64,000 nucleotides of DNA from Escherichia coli (GCF_003334405.1 NZ_QOWM01000006.1), one strand, 5' to 3'; positions 11,526 through 24,316 are shown, counted from the stretch's first letter. The notes: generated from the letters alone by a model not told the origin. Made by a program: numbers and translations.

Positions 11526-13504
11526 GTAAACGAATTGCGCTTTTCCCGGCGTTATTGCTGGCGCTGTTAGTGATTGTCGCTACGGCGCTCACCTGGATGA
11601 ACTTCTCGCAGGCGCTGCCGCGTAGCCAGTGGGCGCAGGCTGCCTGGTCGCCGGATATTGACGTCATCGAGCAGATGATTTTTCACTACAGCTTGTTGCC
11701 GCGTCTGGCGATTTCGCTGCTGGTGGGCGCGGGTCTGGGGCTGGTGGGCGTGCTGTTTCAGCAAGTGCTGCGTAACCCGCTGGCGGAGCCGACGACGCTT
11801 GGCGTTGCTACAGGCGCGCAACTGGGGATTACCGTCACTACGCTCTGGGCGATCCCTGGTGCGATGGCGAGCCAGTTTGCTGCGCTGGCAGGGGCTTGTG
11901 TTGTTGGCTTAATTGTCTTTGGCGTCGCGTGGGGGAAACGGCTGTCGCCGGTAACGCTGATTCTCGCGGGGTTGGTAGTGAGCCTTTATTGCGGCGCAAT
12001 CAATCAGTTACTGGTTATCTTCCATCATGACCAACTGCAAAGCATGTTTCTGTGGAGCACTGGAACGCTGACGCAAACCGACTGGGGCGGCGTTGAGCGT
12101 TTATGGCCGCAGCTGCTGGGCGGTGTGATGCTGACGTTGCTGCTACTTCGTCCGTTAACCCTGATGGGGCTTGATGATGGCGTGGCGCGCAATCTCGGGC
12201 TGGCCTTGTCGCTTGCGCGTCTGGCGGCGCTGTCGCTGGCGATTGTCATCAGTGCGCTGCTGGTGAACGCTGTGGGGATTATCGGCTTTATCGGGTTGTT
12301 CGCGCCGCTGCTGGCAAAAATGCTGGGGGCGCGGCGTCTGCTGCCACGACTGATGCTGGCGTCGTTGATTGGTGCGCTGATCCTCTGGCTTTCCGATCAA
12401 ATCATCCTCTGGCTGACTCGCGTGTGGATGGAAGTGTCCACCGGTTCGGTCACTGCGTTGATCGGTGCGCCGCTGCTACTGTGGCTGTTGCCGCGTTTAC
12501 GCAGCATTAGCGCGCCGGATATGAAGGTCAACGATCGTGTCGCGGCTGAACGCCAACATGTGCTGGCGTTTGCCCTCGCGGGCGGCGTGCTGCTGTTGAT
12601 GGCTGTGGTGGTGGCGCTGTCGTTTGGTCGTGATGCGCACGGCTGGACGTGGGCGAGCGGGGCGTTGCTCGAGGATTTAATGCCCTGGCGCTGGCCGCGA
12701 ATTATGGCGGCGCTGTTTGCGGGCGTCATGCTGGCGGTGGCGGGCTGTATTATTCAGCGACTGACCGGAAACCCGATGGCAAGCCCGGAAGTGCTGGGGA
12801 TTAGCTCCGGCGCGGCGTTTGGCGTGGTGTTGATGCTGTTTCTGGTGCCGGGTAATGCCTTTGGCTGGCTGTTACCTGCAGGCAGTCTCGGCGCGGCGGT
12901 GACGCTGTTGATCATTATGATCGCCGCCGGCCGCGGTGGATTTTCCCCACACCGTATGTTACTGGCGGGGATGGCGTTAAGCACCGCGTTCACCATGCTT
13001 TTGATGATGTTGCAGGCAAGTGGTGACCCGCGAATGGCGCAAGTGCTGACCTGGATTTCCGGTTCGACCTACAACGCGACCGATGCGCAGGTCTGGCGCA
13101 CCGGAATTGTGATGGTGATTTTGCTGGCGATTACCCCGCTGTGCCGCCGCTGGCTGACCATTTTACCGCTGGGTGGTGATACCGCCCGAGCCGTAGGAAT
13201 GGCGCTGACGCCGACGCGAATTGCGCTGCTGCTGTTAGCGGCTTGCCTGACGGCGACCGCGACGATGACTATTGGACCGTTGAGTTTTGTTGGTTTAATG
13301 GCACCGCATATTGCGCGGATGATGGGCTTTCGACGGACGATGCCACACATCGTAATTTCGGCGCTGGTGGGTGGTTTACTGCTGGTGTTCGCTGACTGGT
13401 GTGGGCGGATGGTGCTGTTTCCATTCCAGATCCCGGCGGGGCTGCTGTCAACCTTTATCGGCGCGCCATATTTTATCTATTTGTTGAGAAAGCAGAGCCG
13501 TTAA
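11522..13504 (+). CDS. fhuB: Ferric hydroxamate ABC transporter permease FhuB (fused double permease)
   Basis: 660-aa ORF, GTG start overlapping the fhuD stop by 4 nt; highly hydrophobic, two homologous halves. Confidence 0.95.
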   Translation: MSKRIALFPALLLALLVIVATALTWMNFSQALPRSQWAQAAWSPDIDVIEQMIFHYSLLPRLAISLLVGAGLGLVGVLFQQVLRNPLAEPTTLGVATGAQLGITVTTLWAIPGAMASQFAALAGACVVGLIVFGVAWGKRLSPVTLILAGLVVSLYCGAINQLLVIFHHDQLQSMFLWSTGTLTQTDWGGVERLWPQLLGGVMLTLLLLRPLTLMGLDDGVARNLGLALSLARLAALSLAIVISALLVNAVGIIGFIGLFAPLLAKMLGARRLLPRLMLASLIGALILWLSDQIILWLTRVWMEVSTGSVTALIGAPLLLWLLPRLRSISAPDMKVNDRVAAERQHVLAFALAGGVLLLMAVVVALSFGRDAHGWTWASGALLEDLMPWRWPRIMAALFAGVMLAVAGCIIQRLTGNPMASPEVLGISSGAAFGVVLMLFLVPGNAFGWLLPAGSLGAAVTLLIIMIAAGRGGFSPHRMLLAGMALSTAFTMLLMMLQASGDPRMAQVLTWISGSTYNATDAQVWRTGIVMVILLAITPLCRRWLTILPLGGDTARAVGMALTPTRIALLLLAACLTATATMTIGPLSFVGLMAPHIARMMGFRRTMPHIVISALVGGLLLVFADWCGRMVLFPFQIPAGLLSTFIGAPYFIYLLRKQSR

Positions 13505-13527
13505 TTTTTCCATATAACGGCCCTGTA

Positions 13528-13652
<125 letters not shown>

Positions 13653-13661
13653 CATGCTGGA

Positions 13662-14942
13662 TCACAACTTCGCAAACACCCGACGTGCAGCATCGATGGT
13701 GTTATTGATATCTTCCATGCTGTGCGCCACGGACATAAAGCCCGCTTCAAACGCTGACGGTGCCAGGTAAACACCTTCGCCCAGCATCATATGGAAGAAA
13801 CGCTTAAAGCGTTCCACGTCACAGGCCATCACATCCTGATAGCACGTCACGGACTCGGCGTCGGTAAAGAAAATACCGAACATGCCGCCAACGTGGTTAA
13901 CGACCAGCGGAATTCCGGCTTCTTCTGCCGCTTCCAGCAGACCTTCTGCCAGACGTGTTGTCAGCTCATCCAGCGTTTCGTGAACGCCCGGCTGCGCGAC
14001 TTCATTCAGACAGGCGAAACCCGCTGCCATCGCAATCGGGTTACCGGAAAGCGTACCCGCCTGATAGACCGGACCCGTCGGGGCCAGCGCATCCATTACA
14101 TCACGACGACCACCGAATGCGCCTACCGGCATTCCACCGCCGATGATTTTGCCGAGGCAGGTTAAATCTGGCACTACGCCGTAATAATCCTGTGCGCCAG
14201 CTAGCGCTACGCGGAAACCGGTCATCACTTCATCGATGATCAGCAACGCGCCAAATTCGTCGCACAGCGCGCGCAGACCTGGCAGGAACTCTGGCAGCGG
14301 CGGAACACAGTTCATATTGCCTGCCACCGGCTCGACGATAATACAGGCAATCTCTTGCGGGTATTGCTCAAATGCGGCGCGTACAGAAGCCAGATCATTA
14401 TAAGTACAGGTTAAGGTATGTTTGGCGAAATCTGCCGGAACGCCCGGCGAGTTTGGCTGGCCTAACGTGAGTGCGCCAGAACCGGCTTTCACCAGCAGGC
14501 AGTCAGCGTGACCATGGTAACACCCTTCAAATTTAATAATTTTGTCGCGACCGGTAAAACCACGGGCCAGGCGGATGGCGCTCATGGTCGCTTCAGTGCC
14601 GGAGTTCACCATGCGCACCATATCCATGGTCGGGACCAGTTCGGTCACCAGTTGCGCCATTTTCACTTCCATTTCGGTTGGTGCACCAAAGCTTAAACCA
14701 CGCTCGGCGGCTTCAATCACGGCATTGCGGATTGCCGGATGGTTATGGCCCAGCACCATCGGCCCCCAGGAACCGACATAATCGATATAGGCTTTGCCAT
14801 CAACATCGTACAGATAAGCGCCGTCCGCTTTTTCGATAAACAGTGGAGTGCCGCCCACGCCAGTAAAGGCGCGAACAGGGGAGTTCACACCGCCAGGGAT
14901 CAGCTCGCGCGCTGCGCTGTAAAGATTTTCAGACTTACTCAT
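13662..14942 (-). CDS. hemL: Glutamate-1-semialdehyde 2,1-aminomutase
   Basis: 426-aa [29 protein letters not shown]...; class III PLP aminotransferase fold. Confidence 0.97.
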   Translation of the reverse strand: MSKSENLYSAARELIPGGVNSPVRAFTGVGGTPLFIEKADGAYLYDVDGKAYIDYVGSWGPMVLGHNHPAIRNAVIEAAERGLSFGAPTEMEVKMAQLVTELVPTMDMVRMVNSGTEATMSAIRLARGFTGRDKIIKFEGCYHGHADCLLVKAGSGALTLGQPNSPGVPADFAKHTLTCTYNDLASVRAAFEQYPQEIACIIVEPVAGNMNCVPPLPEFLPGLRALCDEFGALLIIDEVMTGFRVALAGAQDYYGVVPDLTCLGKIIGGGMPVGAFGGRRDVMDALAPTGPVYQAGTLSGNPIAMAAGFACLNEVAQPGVHETLDELTTRLAEGLLEAAEEAGIPLVVNHVGGMFGIFFTDAESVTCYQDVMACDVERFKRFFHMMLGEGVYLAPSAFEAGFMSVAHSMEDINNTIDAARRVFAKL

Positions 14943-15148
14943 GGAGGGTTCCTGATTCGTAGAAAAAGTGAATGGCTGCTATTCTATGTTATTCATAACA
15001 AGTTAAATACTCGTCAAACATCAGGCTGCTTGTACTGGTGCAATCCTGATTTCTTAGAGTATAAAAGTTTTGTGCATTTGAAACATTACGCTTTGCAAAG
15101 GATTTTCATGGAACGTGCGAGTAAAATGCCGTCATCTTATTTGTATGA

Positions 15149-16588
<1,440 letters not shown>

Positions 16589-16669
16589 ACGAAATACCAG
16601 GGTATTAGATAATGGCGATTATTATTGGGTTAGAATTTGCCCAATTGCCGATGTCGTTTGGAGCAAAAT

Positions 16670-17014
16670 ATGAGTGATGACGTAGCACTGCCGCTGGAGT
16701 TTACCGACGCAGCAGCCAACAAAGTTAAAAGCCTGATCGCTGACGAAGATAACCCGAATCTGAAATTACGCGTGTATATCACCGGTGGCGGTTGCAGCGG
16801 CTTCCAGTATGGTTTCACCTTTGATGATCAGGTGAACGAAGGCGATATGACCATCGAAAAACAGGGCGTTGGCCTGGTGGTTGATCCGATGAGCCTGCAA
16901 TATCTGGTCGGCGGTTCCGTTGATTATACCGAAGGTCTGGAAGGTTCTCGTTTCATCGTGACCAACCCGAACGCGAAAAGCACCTGCGGTTGCGGTTCTT
17001 CCTTTAGTATCTAA
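16670..17014 (+). CDS. erpA: Iron-sulfur cluster insertion protein ErpA (A-type carrier)
   Basis: ORF 16637..17014 trimmed to ATG 16670 ([11 protein letters not shown]..., 114 aa); C-terminal CGCGSSF cysteine motif. Confidence 0.93.
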
Positions 17015-17024
17015 TCTGTTGTTC

Positions 17025-17051
17025 ATGTGCCGGATAAACTATCCGGCACAT
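17025..17051. terminator. Bidirectional hairpin between convergent erpA and yadS (ATGTGCCGGAT-aaact-ATCCGGCACAT)
   Basis: Perfect 11-bp inverted repeat read from sequence. Confidence 0.5.
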
Positions 17052-17060
17052 CTTCTCTCT

Positions 17061-17684
17061 TCAACGCCCATTCTCATCCAGCGCAAACGTCGGTAGCTTA
17101 AGATGCCAACGAATAGCCGCCAGCCGAATCAATAGCGTCACGACCATGCCCATCATACTGGCTGTTTCCAGTGGTACGGAAAATGTGTAATAAGCCGTAG
17201 CGTGGACAATACCGCCGATAATACAGGCAGTTGCGTAGATTTCTGTACGTAAAATCATGGGGATTTCGCGGGCCAGAACATCACGAATGATCCCGCCGCC
17301 AACGCCAGTAATGACGCCCATACAAACCGCGATTAACGGACCGGCTTCCGCATTAAAGGCTTTATTCACGCCAATGCCGACAAACACCGCCAGACCAACG
17401 GCGTCCAGCACCGGCAACATCCATTTTGGTAAGCGTCTTGGCTGGCGCACCAGCACGATGGTCAGCATGCTGGTGACCATTGCAACGACCAGATCGGTGG
17501 GATCTTTCACCCAAAATACCGGGCCGTGATCCAGCGCCATGTCGCGAATTGTCCCGCCGCCTACTGCGGTTACCACGCCCAGTACCAGAACACCAAAAGG
17601 GTCCATACGCAATTTTCCGGCTAACAAAACGCCGGAGATGGCAAATACCGCTGTGCCGACTATATCCAGCCAATAGACGAGCAT
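17061..17684 (-). CDS. yadS: UPF0126 family inner membrane protein YadS
   Basis: 207-aa hydrophobic ORF; internal duplication with repeated G-V-x-T-[AG]-V-G-G-G-x-I-R-D motif (GVVTAVGGGTIRD and GVITGVGGGIIRD). Confidence 0.9.
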   Translation of the reverse strand: MLVYWLDIVGTAVFAISGVLLAGKLRMDPFGVLVLGVVTAVGGGTIRDMALDHGPVFWVKDPTDLVVAMVTSMLTIVLVRQPRRLPKWMLPVLDAVGLAVFVGIGVNKAFNAEAGPLIAVCMGVITGVGGGIIRDVLAREIPMILRTEIYATACIIGGIVHATAYYTFSVPLETASMMGMVVTLLIRLAAIRWHLKLPTFALDENGR

Positions 17685-17721
17685 TGTTCAATCCCCACTG
17701 AGCACCTGAAAAGGTCAGGCG

Positions 17722-18522
17722 CTAATCTACCTGTGAAAGCGCATTACAGAGCTGTTGTGCAGCGAGGATAATACGTGGGCTTGCACGTTCAAACCAGTCA
17801 CTCGTGAGAGGAATAACGGGAATTTTGAGCTGTTCACCCCAGTATTGTTTGATTTTAGGAATTTGGTCCGGTCCGCCTGTAATGACAATCGCCTGTGGCG
17901 AGCGTGCTAACACCTGTTCGCGGCTAACTTGCGGCCAGGGAACCCGGCTGTCTTTAAAGATGTTTTCTCCGCCACAAACTTCGAGTACCTGGTTCTGAAT
18001 CGACTCTTTTCCACTGGTAAATGGCGGATTAATGCCGAATTGCAGAAAAACACGTTTTTTAGGTTTATCAGCATATTGCGCTTTCAATTGCGCGTACTGA
18101 TCCAGCAGGGATTGCGCGGCTTGTTCGGCCTTGTCTGGTTGCGGACTCCAGGGGGCCAGTTGACGTAACGCATTGGCAATTTGTTCAATGCTTGTCGCAT
18201 CGACCCACATCACTTTTATTCCCAGCGAAGCCAGCTGGTCAACCTGCCGCTCGGCATTACCTCCACGCCAGGCAATCACCAGATCGGGTTTCAGCGCGAC
18301 AATGCGTTCCAGATTCATCCCCTGCCAGGTGGAAACCTGCTCAATCTTTTGCGCTTGTGGAGGATAGTCGGAATAGCTGCTGACCCCAACCGGCGTGATC
18401 CCGGCGGCAAAGGCAAGTTCAGTGTTGGCGGGAGAAAGCGTGATGACGCGCGGCGCGGCGTTGAGCCACAGTGGCGCAAGAAAAGACAGGGCGACCAGCG
18501 CCCTGAACAGTGACTTAGCCAT
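17722..18522 (-). CDS. btuF: Vitamin B12 periplasmic binding protein BtuF
   Basis: ORF 17722..18549 trimmed to ATG 18522 ([22 protein letters not shown]..., 266 aa); signal peptide; start overlaps mtn 3' end by 8 nt. Confidence 0.92.
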   Translation of the reverse strand: MAKSLFRALVALSFLAPLWLNAAPRVITLSPANTELAFAAGITPVGVSSYSDYPPQAQKIEQVSTWQGMNLERIVALKPDLVIAWRGGNAERQVDQLASLGIKVMWVDATSIEQIANALRQLAPWSPQPDKAEQAAQSLLDQYAQLKAQYADKPKKRVFLQFGINPPFTSGKESIQNQVLEVCGGENIFKDSRVPWPQVSREQVLARSPQAIVITGGPDQIPKIKQYWGEQLKIPVIPLTSDWFERASPRIILAAQQLCNALSQVD

Positions 18523-19213
18523 GTGCAAGTTTCTGCACCAGTGACTCAACCATCAGGCTGGACTGTTTAGCGGCAACAGCCAGGAACTCATCGAAGCTAA
18601 GATGAGACTGTTGATCGGCCACGTCGGAGATGGCGCGTACGACAACAAACGGGACGTTGAAATTGTGGCAGACATGGGCGATTGCCGTCGCTTCCATCTC
18701 TACAGCAATGGCCTGTGGGAAGTTGTGGCGGATTTTCGCCAGACCAACAGAACCGTTGATGAAAGCGTCGCCGCTAACAATCAGGCCACGTACAGCGTTA
18801 AGATTCAGTTCGGCAATGCAGGCCTCAGCGGCAGCGATCAGTTTATCGTCAGCTTTAAAGCCTGCCGGACAGCCTGGTAACTGACCGTATTCATAACCAA
18901 ATGCCGTGACATCCGCGTCGTGATAACGTGCTTCGTCCGAGACAACGATATCGCCCACTTTCAACGTTGGTGCCAGGCCACCGGCAGAACCGGTGTTAAT
19001 AATCACATCTGGCTTGCAGTGTTCCAACAGCAAAGTGGCACCCAGCGCCGCAGCGACTTTACCGATGCCCGATTTCAGAAGCGCAACCTCGGTTCCATTC
19101 AGTTGGCCGGTATAGATTTCGCAACCGCCGAGACTGATAGTTTGACGGTTTTCGATTTTGTCACGCAGCAGCGTAACTTCTTCTTCCATTGCACCAATGA
19201 TGCCGATTTTCAT
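18515..19213 (-). CDS. mtn: 5'-methylthioadenosine/S-adenosylhomocysteine nucleosidase
   Basis: 232-aa [27 protein letters not shown]...; matches Mtn (Pfs). Confidence 0.97.
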   Translation of the reverse strand: MKIGIIGAMEEEVTLLRDKIENRQTISLGGCEIYTGQLNGTEVALLKSGIGKVAAALGATLLLEHCKPDVIINTGSAGGLAPTLKVGDIVVSDEARYHDADVTAFGYEYGQLPGCPAGFKADDKLIAAAEACIAELNLNAVRGLIVSGDAFINGSVGLAKIRHNFPQAIAVEMEATAIAHVCHNFNVPFVVVRAISDVADQQSHLSFDEFLAVAAKQSSLMVESLVQKLAHG

Positions 19214-19296
19214 AGATTTACTCGCGATAAGCCCGATTTGAAGGCATAGTTTACCATGCGCTTACGGGGAAGCGTATTTCTCACGCGGGAGAGGAC

Positions 19297-20814
19297 ATGG
19301 CACAGATTGATTTCCGAAAAAAAATAAACTGGCATCGTCGTTACCGTTCACCGCAGGGCGTTAAAACCGAACATGAGATCCTGCGGATCTTCGAGAGCGA
19401 TCGCGGGCGTATCATCAACTCTCCGGCAATTCGTCGTCTGCAACAAAAGACCCAAGTTTTTCCACTGGAGCGCAATGCCGCCGTGCGCACGCGTCTTACC
19501 CACTCGATGGAAGTCCAGCAGGTGGGGCGCTACATCGCCAAAGAAATTTTAAGCCGTCTGAAAGAGCTTAAATTACTGGAAGCATACGGCCTGGATGAAC
19601 TGACCGGTCCCTTTGAAAGCATTGTTGAGATGTCATGCCTGATGCACGATATCGGCAATCCGCCGTTTGGTCATTTTGGCGAAGCGGCGATAAATGACTG
19701 GTTTCGCCAACGTTTGCACCCGGAAGATGCCGAAAGCCAGCCTCTGACTGACGATCGCTGCAGCGTGGCGGCACTACGTTTACGGGACGGGGAAGAACCG
19801 CTTAACGAGCTGCGGCGCAAGATTCGTCAGGACTTATGTCATTTTGAGGGGAATGCACAAGGCATTCGCCTGGTGCATACATTGATGCGGATGAATCTCA
19901 CCTGGGCACAGGTTGGCGGTATTTTAAAATATACCCGTCCGGCGTGGTGGCGTGGCGAAACGCCTGAGACACATCACTATTTAATGAAAAAGCCGGGTTA
20001 TTATCTTTCTGAAGAAGCCTATATTGCCCGGTTGCGTAAAGAACTTAATTTGGCGCTTTACAGTCGTTTTCCATTAACGTGGATTATGGAAGCTGCCGAC
20101 GACATCTCCTATTGTGTGGCAGACCTTGAAGATGCGGTAGAGAAAAGAATATTTACCGTTGAGCAGCTTTATCATCATTTGCACGAAGCGTGGGGCCAGC
20201 ATGAGAAAGGTTCGCTCTTTTCGCTGGTGGTTGAAAATGCCTGGGAAAAATCACGCTCAAATAGTTTAAGCCGCAGTACGGAAGATCAGTTTTTTATGTA
20301 TTTACGGGTAAACACCCTAAATAAACTGGTACCCTACGCGGCACAACGATTTATTGATAATCTGCCTGCGATTTTCGCCGGAACGTTTAATCATGCATTA
20401 TTGGAAGATGCCAGCGAATGCAGCGATCTTCTTAAGCTATATAAAAATGTCGCTGTAAAACATGTGTTTAGCCATCCAGATGTCGAGCAGCTTGAATTGC
20501 AGGGCTATCGGGTCATTAGCGGATTATTAGAGATTTATCGTCCTTTATTAAGCCTGTCGTTATCAGACTTTACTGAACTGGTAGAAAAAGAACGGGTGAA
20601 ACGTTTCCCTATTGAATCGCGCTTATTCCACAAACTCTCGACGCGCCATCGGCTGGCCTATGTCGAGGCTGTCAGTAAATTACCGTCAGATTCTCCTGAG
20701 TTTCCGCTATGGGAATATTATTACCGTTGCCGCCTGCTGCAGGATTATATCAGCGGTATGACCGACCTCTATGCGTGGGATGAATACCGACGTCTGATGG
20801 CCGTAGAACAATAA
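19297..20814 (+). CDS. dgt: Deoxyguanosinetriphosphate triphosphohydrolase
   Basis: 505-aa ORF; HD-domain motifs (HSMEV..., [10 protein letters not shown]). Confidence 0.97.
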
Positions 20815-20870
20815 CCAGGCTTTTGTAAAGACGAACAATAAATTTTTACCTTTTGCAGAAACTTTAGTTC

Positions 20871-20898
20871 GGAACTTCAGGCTATAAAACGAATCTGA
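20871..20898 (+). promoter_or_regulatory. sigma-E (RpoE) promoter of degP: -35 GGAACTT (20871..20877), 16-bp spacer, -10 TCTGA (20894..20898)
   Basis: Exact match to sigma-E consensus spacing and hexamers, about 45 bp upstream of the degP ATG. Confidence 0.75.
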
Positions 20899-20943
20899 AG
20901 AACACAGCAATTTTGCGTTATCTGTTAATCGAGACTGAAATAC

Positions 20944-22368
20944 ATGAAAAAAACCACATTAGCACTGAGTGCACTGGCTCTGAGTTTAGGTTTGGCGTTA
21001 TCTCCGCTCTCTGCAACGGCGGCTGAGACTTCTTCAGCAACGACAGCCCAGCAGATGCCAAGCCTTGCACCGATGCTCGAAAAGGTGATGCCTTCAGTGG
21101 TCAGCATTAACGTAGAAGGTAGCACAACCGTTAATACGCCGCGTATGCCGCGTAATTTCCAGCAGTTCTTCGGTGATGATTCTCCGTTCTGCCAGGAAGG
21201 TTCTCCGTTCCAGAGCTCTCCGTTCTGCCAGGGTGGCCAGGGCGGTAATGGTGGCGGCCAGCAACAGAAATTCATGGCGCTGGGTTCCGGCGTCATCATT
21301 GATGCCGATAAAGGCTATGTCGTCACCAACAACCACGTTGTTGATAACGCGACGGTCATTAAAGTTCAACTGAGCGATGGCCGTAAGTTCGACGCGAAGA
21401 TGGTTGGCAAAGATCCGCGCTCTGATATCGCGCTGATCCAAATCCAGAACCCGAAAAACCTGACCGCAATTAAGATGGCGGATTCTGATGCACTGCGCGT
21501 GGGTGATTACACCGTAGCGATTGGTAACCCGTTTGGTCTGGGCGAGACGGTAACTTCCGGGATTGTCTCTGCGCTGGGGCGTAGCGGCCTGAATGCCGAA
21601 AACTACGAAAACTTCATCCAGACCGATGCAGCGATCAACCGTGGTAACTCCGGTGGTGCGCTGGTTAACCTGAACGGCGAACTGATCGGTATCAACACCG
21701 CGATCCTCGCACCGGACGGCGGCAACATCGGTATCGGTTTTGCTATCCCGAGTAACATGGTGAAAAACCTGACCTCGCAGATGGTGGAATACGGCCAGGT
21801 GAAACGCGGTGAGCTGGGTATTATGGGGACTGAGCTGAACTCCGAACTGGCGAAAGCGATGAAAGTTGACGCCCAGCGCGGTGCTTTCGTAAGCCAGGTT
21901 CTGCCTAATTCCTCCGCTGCAAAAGCGGGCATTAAAGCGGGTGATGTGATCACCTCACTGAACGGTAAGCCGATCAGCAGCTTTGCCGCACTGCGTGCTC
22001 AGGTGGGTACTATGCCGGTAGGCAGCAAACTGACCCTGGGCTTACTGCGCGACGGTAAGCAGGTTAACGTGAACCTGGAACTGCAGCAGAGCAGCCAGAA
22101 TCAGGTTGATTCCAGCTCCATCTTCAACGGCATTGAAGGCGCTGAGATGAGCAACAAAGGCAAAGATCAGGGCGTGGTAGTGAACAACGTGAAAACGGGC
22201 ACTCCGGCTGCGCAGATCGGCCTGAAGAAAGGTGATGTGATTATTGGCGCGAACCAGCAGGCAGTGAAAAACATCGCTGAACTGCGTAAAGTTCTCGACA
22301 GCAAACCGTCTGTGCTGGCACTCAACATTCAGCGCGGCGACAGCACCATCTACCTGTTAATGCAGTAA
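20944..22368 (+). CDS. degP: Periplasmic serine endoprotease/chaperone DegP (HtrA)
   Basis: 474-aa ORF with signal peptide, trypsin-like catalytic GNSGGAL motif, two C-terminal PDZ domains; low-complexity Q/G-rich LA loop. Confidence 0.97.
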   Translation: MKKTTLALSALALSLGLALSPLSATAAETSSATTAQQMPSLAPMLEKVMPSVVSINVEGSTTVNTPRMPRNFQQFFGDDSPFCQEGSPFQSSPFCQGGQGGNGGGQQQKFMALGSGVIIDADKGYVVTNNHVVDNATVIKVQLSDGRKFDAKMVGKDPRSDIALIQIQNPKNLTAIKMADSDALRVGDYTVAIGNPFGLGETVTSGIVSALGRSGLNAENYENFIQTDAAINRGNSGGALVNLNGELIGINTAILAPDGGNIGIGFAIPSNMVKNLTSQMVEYGQVKRGELGIMGTELNSELAKAMKVDAQRGAFVSQVLPNSSAAKAGIKAGDVITSLNGKPISSFAALRAQVGTMPVGSKLTLGLLRDGKQVNVNLELQQSSQNQVDSSSIFNGIEGAEMSNKGKDQGVVVNNVKTGTPAAQIGLKKGDVIIGANQQAVKNIAELRKVLDSKPSVLALNIQRGDSTIYLLMQ

Positions 22369-22376
22369 TCTCCCTC

Positions 22377-22410
22377 AACCCCTTCCTGAAAACGGGAAGG
22401 GGTTCTCCTT
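22377..22410 (+). terminator. Intrinsic terminator after degP (AACCCCTTCC-tgaaaacg-GGAAGGGGTT followed by CTCCTT)
   Basis: Perfect 10-bp stem starting 9 nt after the degP stop. Confidence 0.6.
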
Positions 22411-22522
22411 ACAATCTGTGAACTTCACCACAACTCCATACATCTTCATCATCCTTTAGGCATTTGCACAATGCCGTACGTTACGTACTTCCTTATGCTA
22501 AGCCGTGCATAACGGAGGACTT

Positions 22523-23680
22523 ATGGCTGGCTGGCATCTTGATACCAAAATGGCGCAGGATATCGTGGCACGTACCATGCGCATCATCGATACCAATATC
22601 AACGTAATGGATGCCCGTGGGCGAATTATCGGCAGCGGCGATCGTGAGCGTATTGGTGAATTGCACGAAGGTGCATTGCTGGTACTTTCACAGGGACGAG
22701 TCGTCGATATCGATGACGCGGTAGCACGTCATCTGCACGGTGTGCGGCAGGGGATTAATCTACCGTTACGGCTGGAAGGTGAAATTGTCGGCGTAATTGG
22801 CCTGACAGGTGAACCAGAGAATCTGCGTAAATATGGCGAACTGGTCTGCATGACGGCTGAAATGATGCTGGAACAGTCGCGGTTGATGCACTTGTTGGCG
22901 CAGGATAGCCGTTTGCGGGAAGAACTGGTGATGAACCTGATTCAGGCAGAGGAGAATACTCCCGCACTTACTGAATGGGCGCAACGGCTGGGGATCGATC
23001 TCAATCAACCGCGAGTGGTGGCTATTGTTGAGGTCGACAGCGGTCAGCTTGGCGTGGACAGCGCAATGGCGGAGTTACAACAACTGCAAAACGCGCTGAC
23101 TACGCCCGAGCGTAATAATCTGGTGGCGATTGTCTCGCTAACCGAAATGGTGGTGTTGAAACCGGCGTTGAACTCTTTTGGGCGCTGGGATGCAGAAGAT
23201 CATCGTAAGCGAGTTGAACAACTGATTACCCGCATGAAAGAGTACGGCCAGCTGCGTTTTCGCGTTTCACTGGGCAACTATTTTACCGGTCCTGGCAGTA
23301 TTGCCCGATCCTATCGTACGGCGAAAACGACGATGGTGGTGGGTAAACAGCGGATGCCAGAAAGTCGCTGCTATTTTTATCAGGATCTGATGTTACCTGT
23401 GTTACTCGACAGTTTGCGTGGCGACTGGCAGGCCAACGAACTGGCGCGACCGCTGGCGCGGCTGAAAACGATGGACAATAACGGCTTGCTGCGACGAACG
23501 CTGGCGGCGTGGTTTCGCCACAATGTGCAACCGCTGGCAACGTCAAAGGCGTTGTTTATTCATCGTAATACCCTGGAGTATCGGCTTAATCGTATATCGG
23601 AACTGACCGGGCTTGATTTGGGCAATTTTGATGACAGGTTGCTGCTGTATGTGGCGTTACAACTGGATGAAGAGCGGTAG
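22523..23680 (+). CDS. cdaR: Carbohydrate diacid regulator CdaR (SdaR; PucR-type HTH activator)
   Basis: ORF 22505..23680 trimmed to ATG 22523 (MAGWHLDTKMAQDIV..., 385 aa); C-terminal HTH. Confidence 0.9.
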   Translation: MAGWHLDTKMAQDIVARTMRIIDTNINVMDARGRIIGSGDRERIGELHEGALLVLSQGRVVDIDDAVARHLHGVRQGINLPLRLEGEIVGVIGLTGEPENLRKYGELVCMTAEMMLEQSRLMHLLAQDSRLREELVMNLIQAEENTPALTEWAQRLGIDLNQPRVVAIVEVDSGQLGVDSAMAELQQLQNALTTPERNNLVAIVSLTEMVVLKPALNSFGRWDAEDHRKRVEQLITRMKEYGQLRFRVSLGNYFTGPGSIARSYRTAKTTMVVGKQRMPESRCYFYQDLMLPVLLDSLRGDWQANELARPLARLKTMDNNGLLRRTLAAWFRHNVQPLATSKALFIHRNTLEYRLNRISELTGLDLGNFDDRLLLYVALQLDEER

Positions 23681-23711
23681 GTTATGCGTTAAGGTTGAGG
23701 CGGCGCTGGCT

Positions 23712-23767
23712 CATTCCCCTCAGCCCGAAGGGTAGAGGGGAATGCCCGAATTAACCGTCAGTTCGGG
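23712..23767. terminator. Two hairpins between convergent cdaR and yaeH (CATTCCCCTC...GAGGGGAATG; CCCGAA-ttaaccgtcag-TTCGGG followed by ATTATTT)
   Basis: Inverted repeats read from sequence; second stem is followed by a T-rich run on the plus strand. Confidence 0.45.
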
Positions 23768-23768
23768 A

Positions 23769-24155
23769 TTATTTACGCGTTAGTTTTTCCAGATCGGCTT
23801 CAATCTCGCTGATCTTATTGGTTACGACTGACTCCAGGTGACGTAAGTCGTCGAGGATCTTACGCTTAAGATCAACTTCGCTGCGGTCACGCTGGCAGAT
23901 TTGATCAAGCTCATCAATGATATACCGTAGATTCGGGCTGATTTCCTGGACTTCTTTATAACCCTGACCCACACCATCAGCGACGACCGTTTTACGCTGA
24001 CGCGGATATTTAAACTTAACGCTCTTGGCGAAAAACTCGCCTTTGTCTTTCTGGAAATAGATTTTCAGAATATCGTTGTTGGCTTCCTGCCGGAGGCTGT
24101 AACGATCAATTTCTTCAGGATTGGTAATACCCAGACTTTTCAGATTGTCGTACAT
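23769..24155 (-). CDS. yaeH: UPF0325 protein YaeH (function unknown)
   Basis: 128-aa [26 protein letters not shown]...; matches YaeH. Confidence 0.9.
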   Translation of the reverse strand: MYDNLKSLGITNPEEIDRYSLRQEANNDILKIYFQKDKGEFFAKSVKFKYPRQRKTVVADGVGQGYKEVQEISPNLRYIIDELDQICQRDRSEVDLKRKILDDLRHLESVVTNKISEIEADLEKLTRK

Positions 24156-24316
24156 AGCGTTACCTCAAAATGAGTCAGTAAATTGTGCTTATTTTAGCAT
24201 TTGGCCTGGCCCGCCCGGCTCGACTGTGATCGCAGAAAGCCTTTTTCTTCCAGACTTCTATCATGGCGTAAAAATCAAAAAATTACCTGCTTTATTCTGG
24301 TGATAAAATTCACGAT

